Shown: in pieces, positions 51,446 to 62,409 of the stretch | Layout: each line of letters begins with the position of its first letter | Position numbering within the stretch: the stretch's first letter is position 1 | DNA from: Neoechinorhynchus agilis | Taxonomy: Eukaryota; Animalia; Acanthocephala | NCBI GenBank assembly: GCA_051530055.1 | Contig: CM121341.1 | Location: forward strand, 558,001-622,000 | Direction of reading: 5' to 3' | DNA length: 64,000 bases | The notes under the pieces: generated by a model | The model's database searches: none | Told to the model about the DNA's origin: nothing | Seen by the model: only the letters and a program-made list of their open reading frames with translations | Made by a program: the position numbers and the translations under genes

Positions 51446-51901
51446 AAAATTAACAGCCGTGTCATAATAGGCCACACATCGATATAAGTTACCGGCTGAC
51501 CAATCTTCATAAAAAAATCCTAATTCAATGGCTTTGAATTAATAAGTATAAAATTATCTGAGTTTGTACATTCCGTAGTTGTGTCGAGGTGGTCAAGTGA
51601 ACTAATGCCCGTGATCCCGACGAAGGGTCAAGTTGTTCGAATCCATAACCGCCAATGACGCACAGCCAAAGGGGACGAAATACCGCTGAAGGGAGGAAAC
51701 TCACTGATGAGTCCCGCCTCCTGGAGGTATCTGAGGATCCGGAGGAATGTAAAAACTCGTACCGGATGGTTCAGTGCTTTGAATAATTGTACTACTACTC
51801 TGAACCAGATCGATGGGCTGTGTGCCCTAAAATTAACAGCCGTGTTATAAAAAGGCCACACATTGATATAAGTTACCGGCTGGCCAATCTTCATAAAAAA
51901 A
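51446..51901 (+). mobile_element. SINE/retrozyme-like insert: tRNA-derived head, hammerhead, 72-bp terminal direct repeats ending in A7
   Basis: Repeats at 51446-51517 and 51829-51901 (5 differences; period 383). Removal restores host pol HIRATK|DNSIADTLPRMP. A-box-like 51582-51592; B-box GTTCGAATCC 51635-51644. Confidence 0.75.
51672..51740 (+). ncRNA. Hammerhead ribozyme, non-circularly permuted arrangement (putative)
   Basis: GGGAC-GAAA-TACC (51672-51684), CTCA-CTGATGA-GTCCC (51700-51715) and GGTA-TC-TGAG (51726-51735). All core nucleotides and stems I-III are complementary. Confidence 0.65.
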
Positions 51902-52617
51902 GATAATAGCATAGCGGATACACTACCCAGAATGCCCGACGAGGAGGCATCGGGCAACGATCAAGCTGAAGATTTTATAAAAGTGCTGCAGGAAGAGAAA
52001 GTCGATCGTTTTAACATCACGGCCGTGACCTTAATTCAAGTGACCAAAAGAGACAAAAAGCTGACCAAGATTAAGGAAGGAGTTCGTCACCGAGCGGAGA
52101 GTTGCGGCCTTACCACAACCGGAGGTCAGAAATCTCGATCGAAAATGGCATTCTCATGTGGTTGCAACGTATGGTTGTTCCAGAAATGCTTCACGAGGGC
52201 CACCCAGGCGAATCAGCAACCAAGGCTCTGGCAAGGTATTATTGCTGGTGGCCATCCACTTACAAGGATATTGAGTTTGAGGTCAAGACATGTGCCACGT
52301 GCCCAGCATTGCGACCCAAGATTCAGAACGTGCCTTTGATTAGTTGGGACGTGCCTCATGGACCGTGGAAACGCATCCATGTCGATTTTGCTGGTCCAGT
52401 CGAGAACAAGATGTATCTGGTGGCCGTGGATGCCTATTCGAAGTATCCAGAAGTTTGGTCGTCTAATTCAGGATTCACTGTGACCACAACGGTCACATGC
52501 CTGCGACAAACTTTTGCGGGATGGGGTTTTCCCGAGAAGATTGGTTCTGACAAAGTGGGAGGCAGGAAAGGAAACCGGACAGGAACATCAGCAGGTGAGA
52601 TTGGACGGGGTACCAAA

Positions 52618-52689
52618 CCGGATCCGTAATCCACCCTGGATCCAGCATCCACTCCGGATCTGTCATCCACACCGGATCCGTCATCCACT
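52618..52689. repeat. 18-bp tandem repeat, 4 copies (CCGGATCCGTCATCCACT-like)
   Basis: Directly visible. Confidence 0.9.
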
Positions 52690-53683
52690 CTGAAATGGTC
52701 ACGAGGATCCAGAGGTACATGGGTCCTCTTCTTAAACAAAATAAATAAAACTTGTTGTTATTATTATACGAAGGACAACGGATCCGCGGAGGACCCGTTG
52801 TTTCCTTTTTATTGTAGAATTGGTTTTAGTCGGTTAGTTCATCGTTGGATTGTAGCAGCTCAATCTTCAATGCTCCAGCAGAACAGAATCCGCACAAGAA
52901 AGCTCGTGATGAGTAGTCTTTCTTTAGCGCTGGTGGTACATTAATTGGCTTATAGAACAATAGAATTTTGATTTGGTAATTGTAGGAGTTATGGGCGATT
53001 GAGCGAATGCCGATGTGGATCAAAGATTTGTGTGTAAGTTAATTCGATAGTCGTTTGTCCTGCATTCCCGGCTGAATATTCCCGCCCGACCGAACCTGCA
53101 ATACACTACAAAATCAACAACCGCATTTATTTCATAAATCAGAACTCGAGTGTTTATGATTATCCAAACGTACATTGGCCCTATTGTTTGTTAATTGACA
53201 AATAAACGTGTAATTATTATTGATCCCTTTCACACTTAGAATGTCAGGCTAGGGGCAATATTCATTCACTAGTCCGCTGCAAATTCTTGTCCCACGATTA
53301 ATTATGAGCATTTTCTCCCAATGCGCTCAGAATGGGAAAGTCCAATATTGAGGTCGCCCATTTTCCAGAAAATACTCTGTACTATAGAAACTCAATGTAT
53401 CGAGCAACGCTTTAAACACAGACCGAGCATTTCTTATACTGTATAAAAAGTCAATATCGTCCTTAATAACCAGCATTATTTTCCGGTATCTTTTTAGTAG
53501 AGTCAGCGCAATATTTAACCATACGCCTCTAAATTTCCCCTTAATGTCAAATTGAACACCGGTCAAAGTAACAATTTTAAGAACCGATCACTAGTTGTCT
53601 GATGAAGAGAATATTCCAGTATCAAACGACTGCTCGACTAGTGGCCATAATTCGATCACTGTAAAGAAATTATTTATTATAGT

Positions 53684-54112
53684 TTCAGTTTCAATTAGCG
53701 ATGTTTGATTCGGAAAATAGATTTATCTTGAAAATTTTCTGCCTTTTCGTTGGCCTTCTTCAGTCAATCTACAATTTAAAAGAAGCATGGTACAAAATAG
53801 TACATCCGGTGGAACTCGCAGACTGAGTTTGTAGTCAGTTATGCTGCCAACAAAAGTACCAGTTTGCTGGACCATGATGGGTTCCATAGTCACTCTGTCG
53901 CGTCTTACGTCACTCCTCGAAGGAACCTCGACGCCATCAAAATTGATTTCATGCCCACTGCCATTGATAACTCAGTCTGCGAGTTCCACCGGATATACTA
54001 TTTGACCATGCTTCTTTTAAATTGTAGATTGACTGAAGAAGGCCAACGAAAAGGCCGAAAATTTTCAAGATAAATTTATTTTCTGAATCAAACATATCTA
54101 ATTGAAACTGAA
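53684..54112. repeat. Foldback element: ~145-bp inverted arms (53684-53829 / 53969-54112), 139-bp spacer
   Basis: Arms are reverse complements with scattered mismatches. Confidence 0.88.
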
Positions 54113-54607
54113 TTCGATCATTGCATCTTCTTGTCAAGACGCAAAATTAAGTGCGAATAAATTCGTTGAGAACGAATTTGATAGATGTTCGAAACACCAA
54201 TATTTTCTTTGAACAAAAGCTCTTCTTATAATGAATTTATTAAAAAGGATCATTATCATCGCGAACTATCGATGTGGCTGTCCAGCGAGGGGACGCGACC
54301 AGCATTATGGGCACGACCTGGACCGTCGGCGATCTTGGTCGTGATCGCAATAAATACATAAAAGTTGAATAAAAGACACGAACTTGAAGAATAATTTCAA
54401 GAGAGGCTTTGACGACAGTCACCTTTGTCTGCAAAAAAGGTTTTTTCCTTGCAAGTCTACATTACACGAATTGATTGACAGGGTCTAAGACCTCACGCCG
54501 AGACCCATTGACAGTGCGAATGTAAAACGAGAGTTTGACAGCGAACCCCAGTCGCACTCAGCAGTTAATTGAATTTTAATATATTTCTAATTTTAACATA
54601 AAAGAGG

Positions 54608-55021
54608 TCATATAAGAGCTACATGTAAAATGTAACTAAAAAGGGTAGCTATGCTTGGTAAATATTGTTTGGCATTGTTGCAATAGTAATAGAAGCAGTG
54701 GCACAGAGCATCCTTCGGCTTTGCAAACTCTCGATAGCATATATCCTCGTGTTTTTCAACATTGTGCTCGATACAACGTCTCTGAATTTCATAAGAATCA
54801 TTAGTAGTCCATCTAAGAACCTTCTCACATCCTACTTTGCAGTTCAATATTTTTGACGGCTGACATCGATTGTTAGTTGCCCCTTTGAGGGAAGTGCAAT
54901 TTTCCGAATAGCATTTAACTTTAATTTCTTTGCCATCATCCATATCTCCCCACGGTCCGAAGTAGCTAAGACACCTTGAACCAACAGTCAGTGAACTTAT
55001 TAACAGGTAAACTAAGAGCAT
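54608..55021 (-). CDS. Ly6/uPAR three-finger (quiver/sleepless-like) secreted, probably GPI-anchored protein, copy 1 (137 aa)
   Basis: Hydrophobic N-terminus MLLVYLLISSLTVGSRC; Cys pattern C..CEK..RRC..C..CHC...CN; hydrophobic tail LPSIATLFSYILHVALI. Upstream TTG at 55060 is less likely as start. Confidence 0.7.
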   Translation of the reverse strand: MLLVYLLISSLTVGSRCLSYFGPWGDMDDGKEIKVKCYSENCTSLKGATNNRCQPSKILNCKVGCEKVLRWTTNDSYEIQRRCIEHNVEKHEDICYREFAKPKDALCHCFYYYCNNAKQYLPSIATLFSYILHVALI

Positions 55022-55533
55022 AATCGGTGAAGTTAAGAACGAGAGAACTTGGATATTCACGTTGAAAAGATTTTGTTATATATAGCAAGACTCATAAAGA
55101 AAGTGTTTCACCAATGTATACTCATTTGAAATAGAGTTCGTGACGATAAGAGCGAGTAATGCGGCTTTATGGGTTCTATCGGAATCCAATAAAGCTCCAA
55201 ATACAGTAAGTTGTTAAAAGAACAAAGCGCATTTAAGAGCTTTTGAGCATCCATAAAAAGAAAGCATGCGAAGAGCAATAATACAATATTTCATTAGTTG
55301 TCTATTCGCGAGCCAATCATTAAAAAAAGCACAAGAAAAGAGTTTGCAGTTGAAAAATCTAATTGCGATTTTCTTAAAGCGCTGTTAAATGCTTACTACA
55401 CCGACGAGAGTTCTCATATTTAAAAGAACTCAACCTCATTCAATGACTCGAACTTTGTTGTAAGTGCATTGAGTTTGGTAGTTTTAACAATTTGCAATGT
55501 TGAACCATCGATAGAAAGTCCTTCGGGATAATA

Positions 55534-55762
55534 AAATTACACTTTCGGTGAGAATAATCCCGGTCATTACATATTTTATTTATTCGAAATATTTCGTGAG
55601 GTATCCTCGCCTCTTCAGTCATTGTTTGCAAGTTTTTTCAACTGTGAATGTGTGTTGAAAAAAATTGCAAACAATGACTGAAGAGGCGAGGATACCTCGC
55701 GAAATATTTCGAATAAATAAAATATGTAATGACCGGGATTATTCTCATCGAAAGTGTAATTT
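55534..55762. repeat. 229-bp near-perfect palindrome (109-bp arms, 11-nt loop, 3 mismatches); duplicated at 60593-60821
   Basis: Arms 55534-55642 and 55654-55762. Confidence 0.93.
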
Positions 55763-55853
55763 GCAATGTGTTCAGTCGGATGAAAAGATAAAAATTTTTT
55801 ATGAACTTTACAACTCTTGTAACCACAATCACGGACAAGTTTACTTTTGTTCA

Positions 55854-56100
55854 CGTTACAGATTATACTTTTCAGAAAATGCTGCTCGTATAAATACTTT
55901 CAATTGAATGCGCGATAAAGAGGGATTACAGGTAAAAATACGAGATTTTTTACTTAAAGGCGTCCTTTAAAAGCCTATTTGTTCCCGTTACAGATTAAAC
56001 GTATCAGAAAATACTGCTCGAATTAATACTTTCAAATGAATGCGCGATAACGAGAGATTGCAGGTAAAATTACGAGATTTTTTACTTAAAAGCCGCCCTT
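55854..56100. repeat. ~132-bp tandem repeat, about 2 copies (also in duplication copy 2)
   Basis: Units start CGTTACAGATTA at 55854 and 55986. Confidence 0.8.
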
Positions 56101-56254
56101 TAGTGTGTCTAAAGGTAATAATTTCAGTTGGTTTTATCTGAACACAATTTATTGCAAGTCATGACGATCACTGGAGCCTTGGCATCTTCGGGGCCCTAGG
56201 ACGACCTCTGGAAGTAAGAAAACCAATTTATTTGAGATTTGATGGAGTAAAAGA

Positions 56255-56920
56255 GAAGATACGAATTGAATAGCTCAACGTCGGAACCTTAACTGGCATG
56301 ACCGAAGAACTGGAGAAGATGCTAAGAAAACGACGAGTAGGTATTTGTGCTTTGCAAGAAACCTGGTGATGTGGCACAACGGCTTATAAAATCGGACAAA
56401 AATGCGACCAGCACGGTTATGAACTGCCTTTATTGTGGCTCTAAAGGTACACTCAACGGAGTGGAATAGCAATCTCCAGACGATTTAGGAATTTGATACC
56501 AGAAGTTGAACGTTTCGATGACCGACTGGTGAAAGTAACCACAGTTCTGAAGCACAGAAAATAGTCCACATCCTATCTTCCTGTACGGCGAAGACCGGCC
56601 TTAAGGATTCGGAGAAAGGAATTTTGGGAAATGCTGGATCACTTTGCATGCGAAATCCCGGTCGATAATTACCTTATTATTGCCGGAGATTTAAACGGCA
56701 TTGTCGGTCAAAACTCGGACGGAAATCGATGCCATGTTGGCGAGGAATACGGGCAAAGAAACAACGATGGACATCCATTAACTTTGTGGATTTTGTTATC
56801 ACCAATACTTGGTTTATTAGTCGCTTGACCCAGTTCCCGGTGAACTTTAGCGGAGACACGATTTCACAGATAAATTTCATACTTGTTCGACAGTGGCACG
56901 AGGCGGATGCAAGTGAGTTT
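56255..56920 (+). pseudogene. RTE-like non-LTR APE endonuclease remnant
   Basis: LNVGTLTG..EL.KMLRKRRVGICALQETW, LIIAGDLNGIVG, SQINFIL; stops and frameshifts. Confidence 0.75.
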
Positions 56921-57510
56921 TAAAAAACTTTACCTTTTGAAAAGCATCGATCAGAATTCGTGCCGCTCTTCCACCAAATTTTCTATTCCTGTAAAAAAAA
57001 GAGCAAATTGCACAATTTCTTATGCAGTTCTGTTCTTCTTTTAGTTCCTATGCAAAATGATTTTGAAAGTTTACAAAAAATAGACCAAAATCCTGAATGC
57101 GGCCTCTTTAAAGATTTGACAAAATCTTGCGTTTTAAGTACTAAGAAATTGATTTTTTCTAACTTCACGAGGAACAGTTCTATAAGAATATTTCGACTAA
57201 CCGAATCAACTTTACGCTTTCCTTAACGGGAAAAAAGTCAACAAAAAGGATTCGTGAATTCGATATTGCACGAAAAAACTGTTTTGTTATATAAACAATT
57301 TCGCATTTGAAATCAATATCCTTATTCGAGAAAATAATGAAATTGCATTTGTAAAACACAACGTATTTAGATTGTCAAATCTTTTAAATGAAGTGATGAT
57401 TTTATTTTTGACAAAATAATCTTTGAAGTACTATAGAATATGCGTAGACGATTGAAGTAATAATCATTGAGAGAAAATCCTTCAGGATGATAGAGTTGGA
57501 ATTGTTGTGA

Positions 57511-57747
57511 TCATAATCCTGGATAAAACATATTTTATTGGCTCGAAATATTTCGCGAGGAAACATCGCTTCATCAGTCAATTAGAAAGGTGGTACGAAC
57601 GTACATACGGTAACCGAATGTCGCAAATAGCGATCCCGCGTATAGGAGCCATGCAATAGAAAAGAACTAAAAATTATTTAGATGAAAAACGCGGCTTCCC
57701 CGCGAAATGTTTCGATCCAATAAAATATTTTTCATCCAGGATAATGA
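57511..57747. repeat. Older inverted-repeat element related to the 55.5-kb palindrome
   Basis: Arms 57511-57575 and 57681-57747 share ATAATCC..CATATTTTATT..TCGAAATATTTCG.GAGG..TCAGTCA with the palindrome arm. Confidence 0.75.
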
Positions 57748-58136
57748 AAACTGATGCCGGCATAGATATATCCGTATAACTGGTCCTTATTCTGGCCAAC
57801 ACGCACTCAATGTTCACACACCCACAACACGCTATCGATATCACATTTATCATTATGCGTGTCGCTGATGTCCCGCTACAATAACAACATATCCTATTTG
57901 AGTTATAAGACATAAATTCCGACAATTCAAATTTGTTGACAAAATAAAAATATTTTAACCGAAACATATCAACATCGAATTATACATTGCGATTTTTTTT
58001 CAATCGTCGATTACATTTACCGTCTATCTTTGTTTATTATTTGGTATTTTTGTTTACTATTGTTTGCTGTAGTACCAACAGGGGTATAGCGGAGCGATAT
58101 CTCTAATTCATTGTCGATTATCAAGTGCCACCAATC

Positions 58137-58478
58137 ATGAATAATAAAATCGTGAACTCGATTGTGCAGGGAATTGTGAGCAATCTGAAGCCTCAAATCT
58201 GCGATGCACTCGGCCTTCAAAATTGTTGCAATGTGATCGCTGTTAGATATCAGATCTTATCTGGATCTAACGATATAGATCTGTCAATTCGTGTAAGTAC
58301 TGTTTATGATTTCTACTCCAATCACACAATCTTTGTCGTTAAGGTGCGAGCCGATGACGGTGCATACTATGACATTCTGGTATGGTTGGACATTGGGGTC
58401 GACAGTCCTGTGATTGCTAATTTCGACGCCGTAGTAGCCAGCGACGTTAATCCAGAAAGCAGCTTGACTCTTTCTTAA
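58137..58478 (+). CDS. Stefin-like protein, copy 2 (predicted intron 58293-58343)
   Basis: As copy 1; QILSGSN instead of QILSGPN. Confidence 0.7.
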   Translation: MNNKIVNSIVQGIVSNLKPQICDALGLQNCCNVIAVRYQILSGSNDIDLSIRVSTVYDFYSNHTIFVVKVRADDGAYYDILVWLDIGVDSPVIANFDAVVASDVNPESSLTLS

Positions 58479-59204
58479 GAGCTTAGTCGAAAATAGATGA
58501 TCCTAGATAGACATAGTATTAAACGTTAGTTTACACCATTAAACAGCGATAGTTACGTTTGTATGTCTTTGGAATTGAGTTTTCGTATACCGTAAAAGGA
58601 AAAAGCACGGTCGAGCGAACTAGATTAGTCGATTTGCGCAACTGATATTAGAAATGCGCTCGAATGATTCAAGAAATATATTGGATAGCGATCTTAGATC
58701 TCCCAATCCTCCGACTGGATCGAAAGGTGAGAGAAAAGTTAAGGTGGCGAGTGATTGTGAGTCTTCAGACGCCCAAACTTGTGTGTGAGACGGGAAGTGA
58801 TGCTTTACGGTGGTGTTACTCCCAAAGTTGCCGCATCTACACCTTACCAGAAATCCCCTACTTCCAAACACAACGTTCAAAGATCTTATTATTCACCTTT
58901 GTTGACCAGCCTTTGTTGACCACAGAGGAAACCCATCTTATCCAATATGCTAAGATTCAAAAAGAACTTTTCATAATTTAGAGGAACAGCAAAAATTATT
59001 TCAAAGTACTAAAACATGAAATTGATAAAATGCATCTAAAGGAGATATAACAATTCGCTATACACTTTTCTCTCTTCTGCTCCGATTGAAGTGGCCGAGT
59101 CATTCATTATCTGGCTCAAAAAGAAGCATCCTTTCTTATTTGGTAGTCTATCTAAGACCTCAATTTGGTCATATGCCAGAAATGCTCACGTTCGGGGCAC
59201 CACG

Positions 59205-61152
59205 ATTAAGTGCGAATAAATTCGTTGAGAACGAATTTGATAGATGTTCGAAACACCAATATTTTCTTTGAACAAAAGCTCTTCTTATAATGAATTTATT
59301 AAAAAGGATCATTATCATCGCGAACTATCGATGTGGCTGTCCAGCGAGGGGACGCGACCAGCATTATGGGCACGACCTGGACCGTCGGCGATCTTGGTCG
59401 TGATCGCAATAAATACATAAAAGTTGAATAAAAGACACGAACTTGAAGAATAATTTCAAGAGAGGCTTTGACGACAGTCACCTTTGTCTCCAAAAAAGGT
59501 TTTTTCCTTGCAAGTCTACATTACACGAATTGATTGACAGGGTCTAAGACCTCACGCCGAGACCCATTGACAGTGCGAATGTAAAACGAGAGTTTGACAG
59601 CGAACCCCAGTCGCACTCAGCAGTTAATTGAATTTTAATATATTTCTAATTTTAACATAAAAGAGGTCATATAAGAGCTACATGTAAAATGTAACTAAAA
59701 AGGGTAGCTATGCTTGGTAAATATTGTTTGGCATTGTTGCAATAGTAATAGAAGCAGTGGCACAGAGCATCCTTCGGCTTTGCAAACTCTCGATAGCATA
59801 TATCCTCGTGTTTTTCAACATTGTGCTCGATACAACGTCTCTGAATTTCATAAGAATCATTAGTAGTCCATCTAAGAACCTTCTCACATCCTACTTTGCA
59901 GTTCAATATTTTTGACGGCTGACATCGATTGTTAGTTGCCCCTTTGAGGGAAGTGCAATTTTCCGAATAGCATTTAACTTTAATTTCTTTGCCATCATCC
60001 ATATCTCCCCACGGTCCGAAGTAGCTAAGACACCTTGAACCAACCGTCAGTGAACTTATTAACAGGTAAACTAAGAGCATAATCGGTGAAGTTAAGAACG
60101 AGAGAACTTGGATATTCACGTTGAAAAGATTTTGTTATATATAACGAGACTCATAAAGAAAGTGTCTCACCAATGTATACTCATTTGAAATAGAGTTCGT
60201 GACGATAAGAGCGAGTAATGCGGCTTTATGGGTTCTATCGGAATCCAATAAAGCTCCAAATACGGTAAGTTGTTAAAAGAACAAAGCGCATTTAAGAGCT
60301 TTTGAGCATCCATAAAAAGAAAGCATGCGAAGAGCAATAATACAATTTTTCATTAGTTGTCTATTCGCGAGCCAATCATTAAAAAAAGCACAAGAAAAGA
60401 GTTTGCAGTTGAAAAATCTAATTGCGATTTTCTTAAAGCGCTGTTAAATGCTTACTACACCGACGAGAGTTCTCATATTTAAAAGAACTCAACCTCATTC
60501 AATGACTCGAACTTTGTTGTAAGTGCATTGAGTTTGGTAGTTTTAACAATTTGCAATGTTGAACCATCGATAGAAAGTCCTTCGGGATAATAAAATTACA
60601 CTTTCGGTGAGAATAATCCCGGTCATTACATATTTTATTTATTCGAAATATTTCGTGAGGTATCCTCGCCTCTTCAGTCATTGTTTGCAAGTTTTTTCAA
60701 CTGTGAATGTGTGTTGAAAAAAATTGCAAACAATGACTGAAGAGGCGAGGATACCTCGCGAAATATTTCGAATAAATAAAATATGTAATGACCGGGATTA
60801 TTCTCATCGAAAGTGTAATTTGCAATGTGTTCAGTCGGATGAAAAGATAAAAATTTTTTATGAACTTTACAACTCTTGTAACCACAATCACGGACAAGTT
60901 TACTTTTGTTCACGTTACAGATTATACTTTTCAGAAAATGCTGCTCGTATAAATACTTTCAATTGAATGCGCGATAAAGAGGGATTACAGGTAAAAATAC
61001 GAGATTTTTTACTTAAAGGCGTCCTTTAAAAGCCTATTTGTTCCCGTTACAGATTAAACGTATCAGAAAATACTGCTCGAATTAATACTTTCAAATGAAT
61101 GCGCGATAACGAGAGATTGCAGGTAAAATTACGAGATTTTTTACTTAAAAGC
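59205..61152 (+). repeat. ~1.95-kb segmental duplication, copy 2
   Basis: Partner of 54146-56093. Confidence 0.96.
59667..60080 (-). CDS. Ly6/quiver-like protein, copy 2 (identical protein)
   Basis: Same translation as copy 1. Confidence 0.7.
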   Translation of the reverse strand: MLLVYLLISSLTVGSRCLSYFGPWGDMDDGKEIKVKCYSENCTSLKGATNNRCQPSKILNCKVGCEKVLRWTTNDSYEIQRRCIEHNVEKHEDICYREFAKPKDALCHCFYYYCNNAKQYLPSIATLFSYILHVALI

Positions 61153-62113
61153 GGTCCTTTAAAATCTTTTCGTTCAATATTTTATAAGATTTTTATATTT
61201 GAAAATAAAGTCGCCATTTTAAACTTTTAATTCTCTTTATTAAAACATCTACTATTTTAGATTTTTAAACGGATGTGCTTACGAATCACGCTGAAACATG
61301 GACGTACATTATAATTTCCGTGAAGCGATTAATGAAAATCTATCCCATTTTCTGAATCATACCAAGTACTCATGTATTCTTTTTTTAGCGGTCGGTGAAT
61401 ACATAAAAATTGGTGCCTATCACGCAAATAGTCTATATCTTGGTTTCCAAGTCGTTTTTCTGCTCTTTATACGTTACTTCGTTCCCGATTTCAATTTGGC
61501 TTATATCCGAGACTCGAGATTAGGAAGGAGGTAATGAAAATATTTAAATAGCAAATGAATCCATCGCGGGATAGTTCGGCACGCTCTTAAGCCTTTTGAG
61601 ACAGGACTCCCCTCCCTAACAAATATATTAAAATAACGAAATGGTTCTTAATTGTCGCGGCGTTTCCCATGATTCAACAATCGCTTTATCACCACGATCT
61701 ATTAGTCGTTCCAATATGTCACAATACACCCATTTATCCATCATTTAACATCCTCTCAAATCATCGAACGGATATCGCGAAATCCTTGTTATAAAAATTC
61801 TCCACAGAAACTATTCCAACGATTCTCTGACGTTTACTTTTAGAGCTTTCGTTACTTTCAAAATCCGTCCTTAGCTATGGCGATCTGCCTTTTCCAAGGA
61901 GCAGAATGATCCAGCCAGAAGCGTCTTCAAAATCGCAAGCGGGTGACATATCATAAAACGAAGTCAATCAATCCTTTTTTGCGGTAGCTGCGACTTTAGG
62001 AAATGTAGATCCCAATGAAGAGTTTAAAACAGCTCTTCTTTTCGTTGCAGGAAAATTGATCCTGAGCACTCTAGAACATTTGGTAACTTTCATCAGTTGT
62101 GCGCGAGAATCTT

Positions 62114-62345
62114 CTAAAATTTTTTAGCAAACAGCTTACGAGCCGAGTTTGAATTCGTCACAGGGACCAGTGTTGACTTCCTCCTATTAGTGCTGAGATT
62201 AACATCCCTTAGGAAAACATTAAATTTGCATAGCACTGAATCCACCAAATCGCATAAAAATTCTGTTTTCTTATGATAAATCAAAAAGAAAATATCATCT
62301 GCATAAAATGAAACCGTTTTTTGGCGACTAGTTCCCCTCGGATAA
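62114..62345 (-). pseudogene. Non-LTR reverse transcriptase remnant
   Basis: FYADDIFF...F...VNLSTNRRKST resembles YADD...GL.IN..KS. Confidence 0.5.
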
Positions 62346-62354
62346 GTTTGCATT

Positions 62355-62409
62355 GACATAATTATTAGAAATATTTCGTGAACGTTGTGTTCACCTCGTC
62401 AGTCTTGTC
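62355..62409 (-). ncRNA. Minimal type I hammerhead ribozyme (PLE-type)
   Basis: Minus strand: GACA-AGA-CUGACGA-G-GUGAAC-acaac-GUUCAC-GAAA-UA-UU-UCU-(8 nt)-UGUC. Palindromic AUAU stem III. Confidence 0.65.

Larger units (their letters stand above)
48280..52550 (+). mobile_element. Ty3/Gypsy (Mag-like), heavily decayed, 3'-truncated in integrase, two internal insertions
   Basis: TG start at 48280, tRNA-Ser PBS, gag with two zinc knuckles, PR EFDAG, RT RLCGDFNVTLN / YLDD, RNase H, integrase HEGHPG / HVDFAGP. No 3' LTR copy found. Confidence 0.85.
54146..56093 (+). repeat. ~1.95-kb segmental duplication, copy 1 (copy 2 at 59205-61152)
   Basis: Offset 5059; only about 7 substitutions seen; duplicated ORFs in the track. 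Confidence 0.96.

Noticed and set aside
51575-51654. Functional tRNA gene
   Set aside because: Acceptor, anticodon and T stems do not pair properly; treated as a tRNA-derived head.
53327-53566. ORF as a trehalase C-terminal piece
   Set aside because: Only vague similarity and motifs in the wrong order; left unassigned.
53599-53640. CTGATGA as another hammerhead
   Set aside because: No paired stem II followed by GAAA.
57674-58981. ORFs 57674-57967, 58620-58880 and 58664-58981 as genes
   Set aside because: No recognisable domains; one overlaps an inverted repeat.
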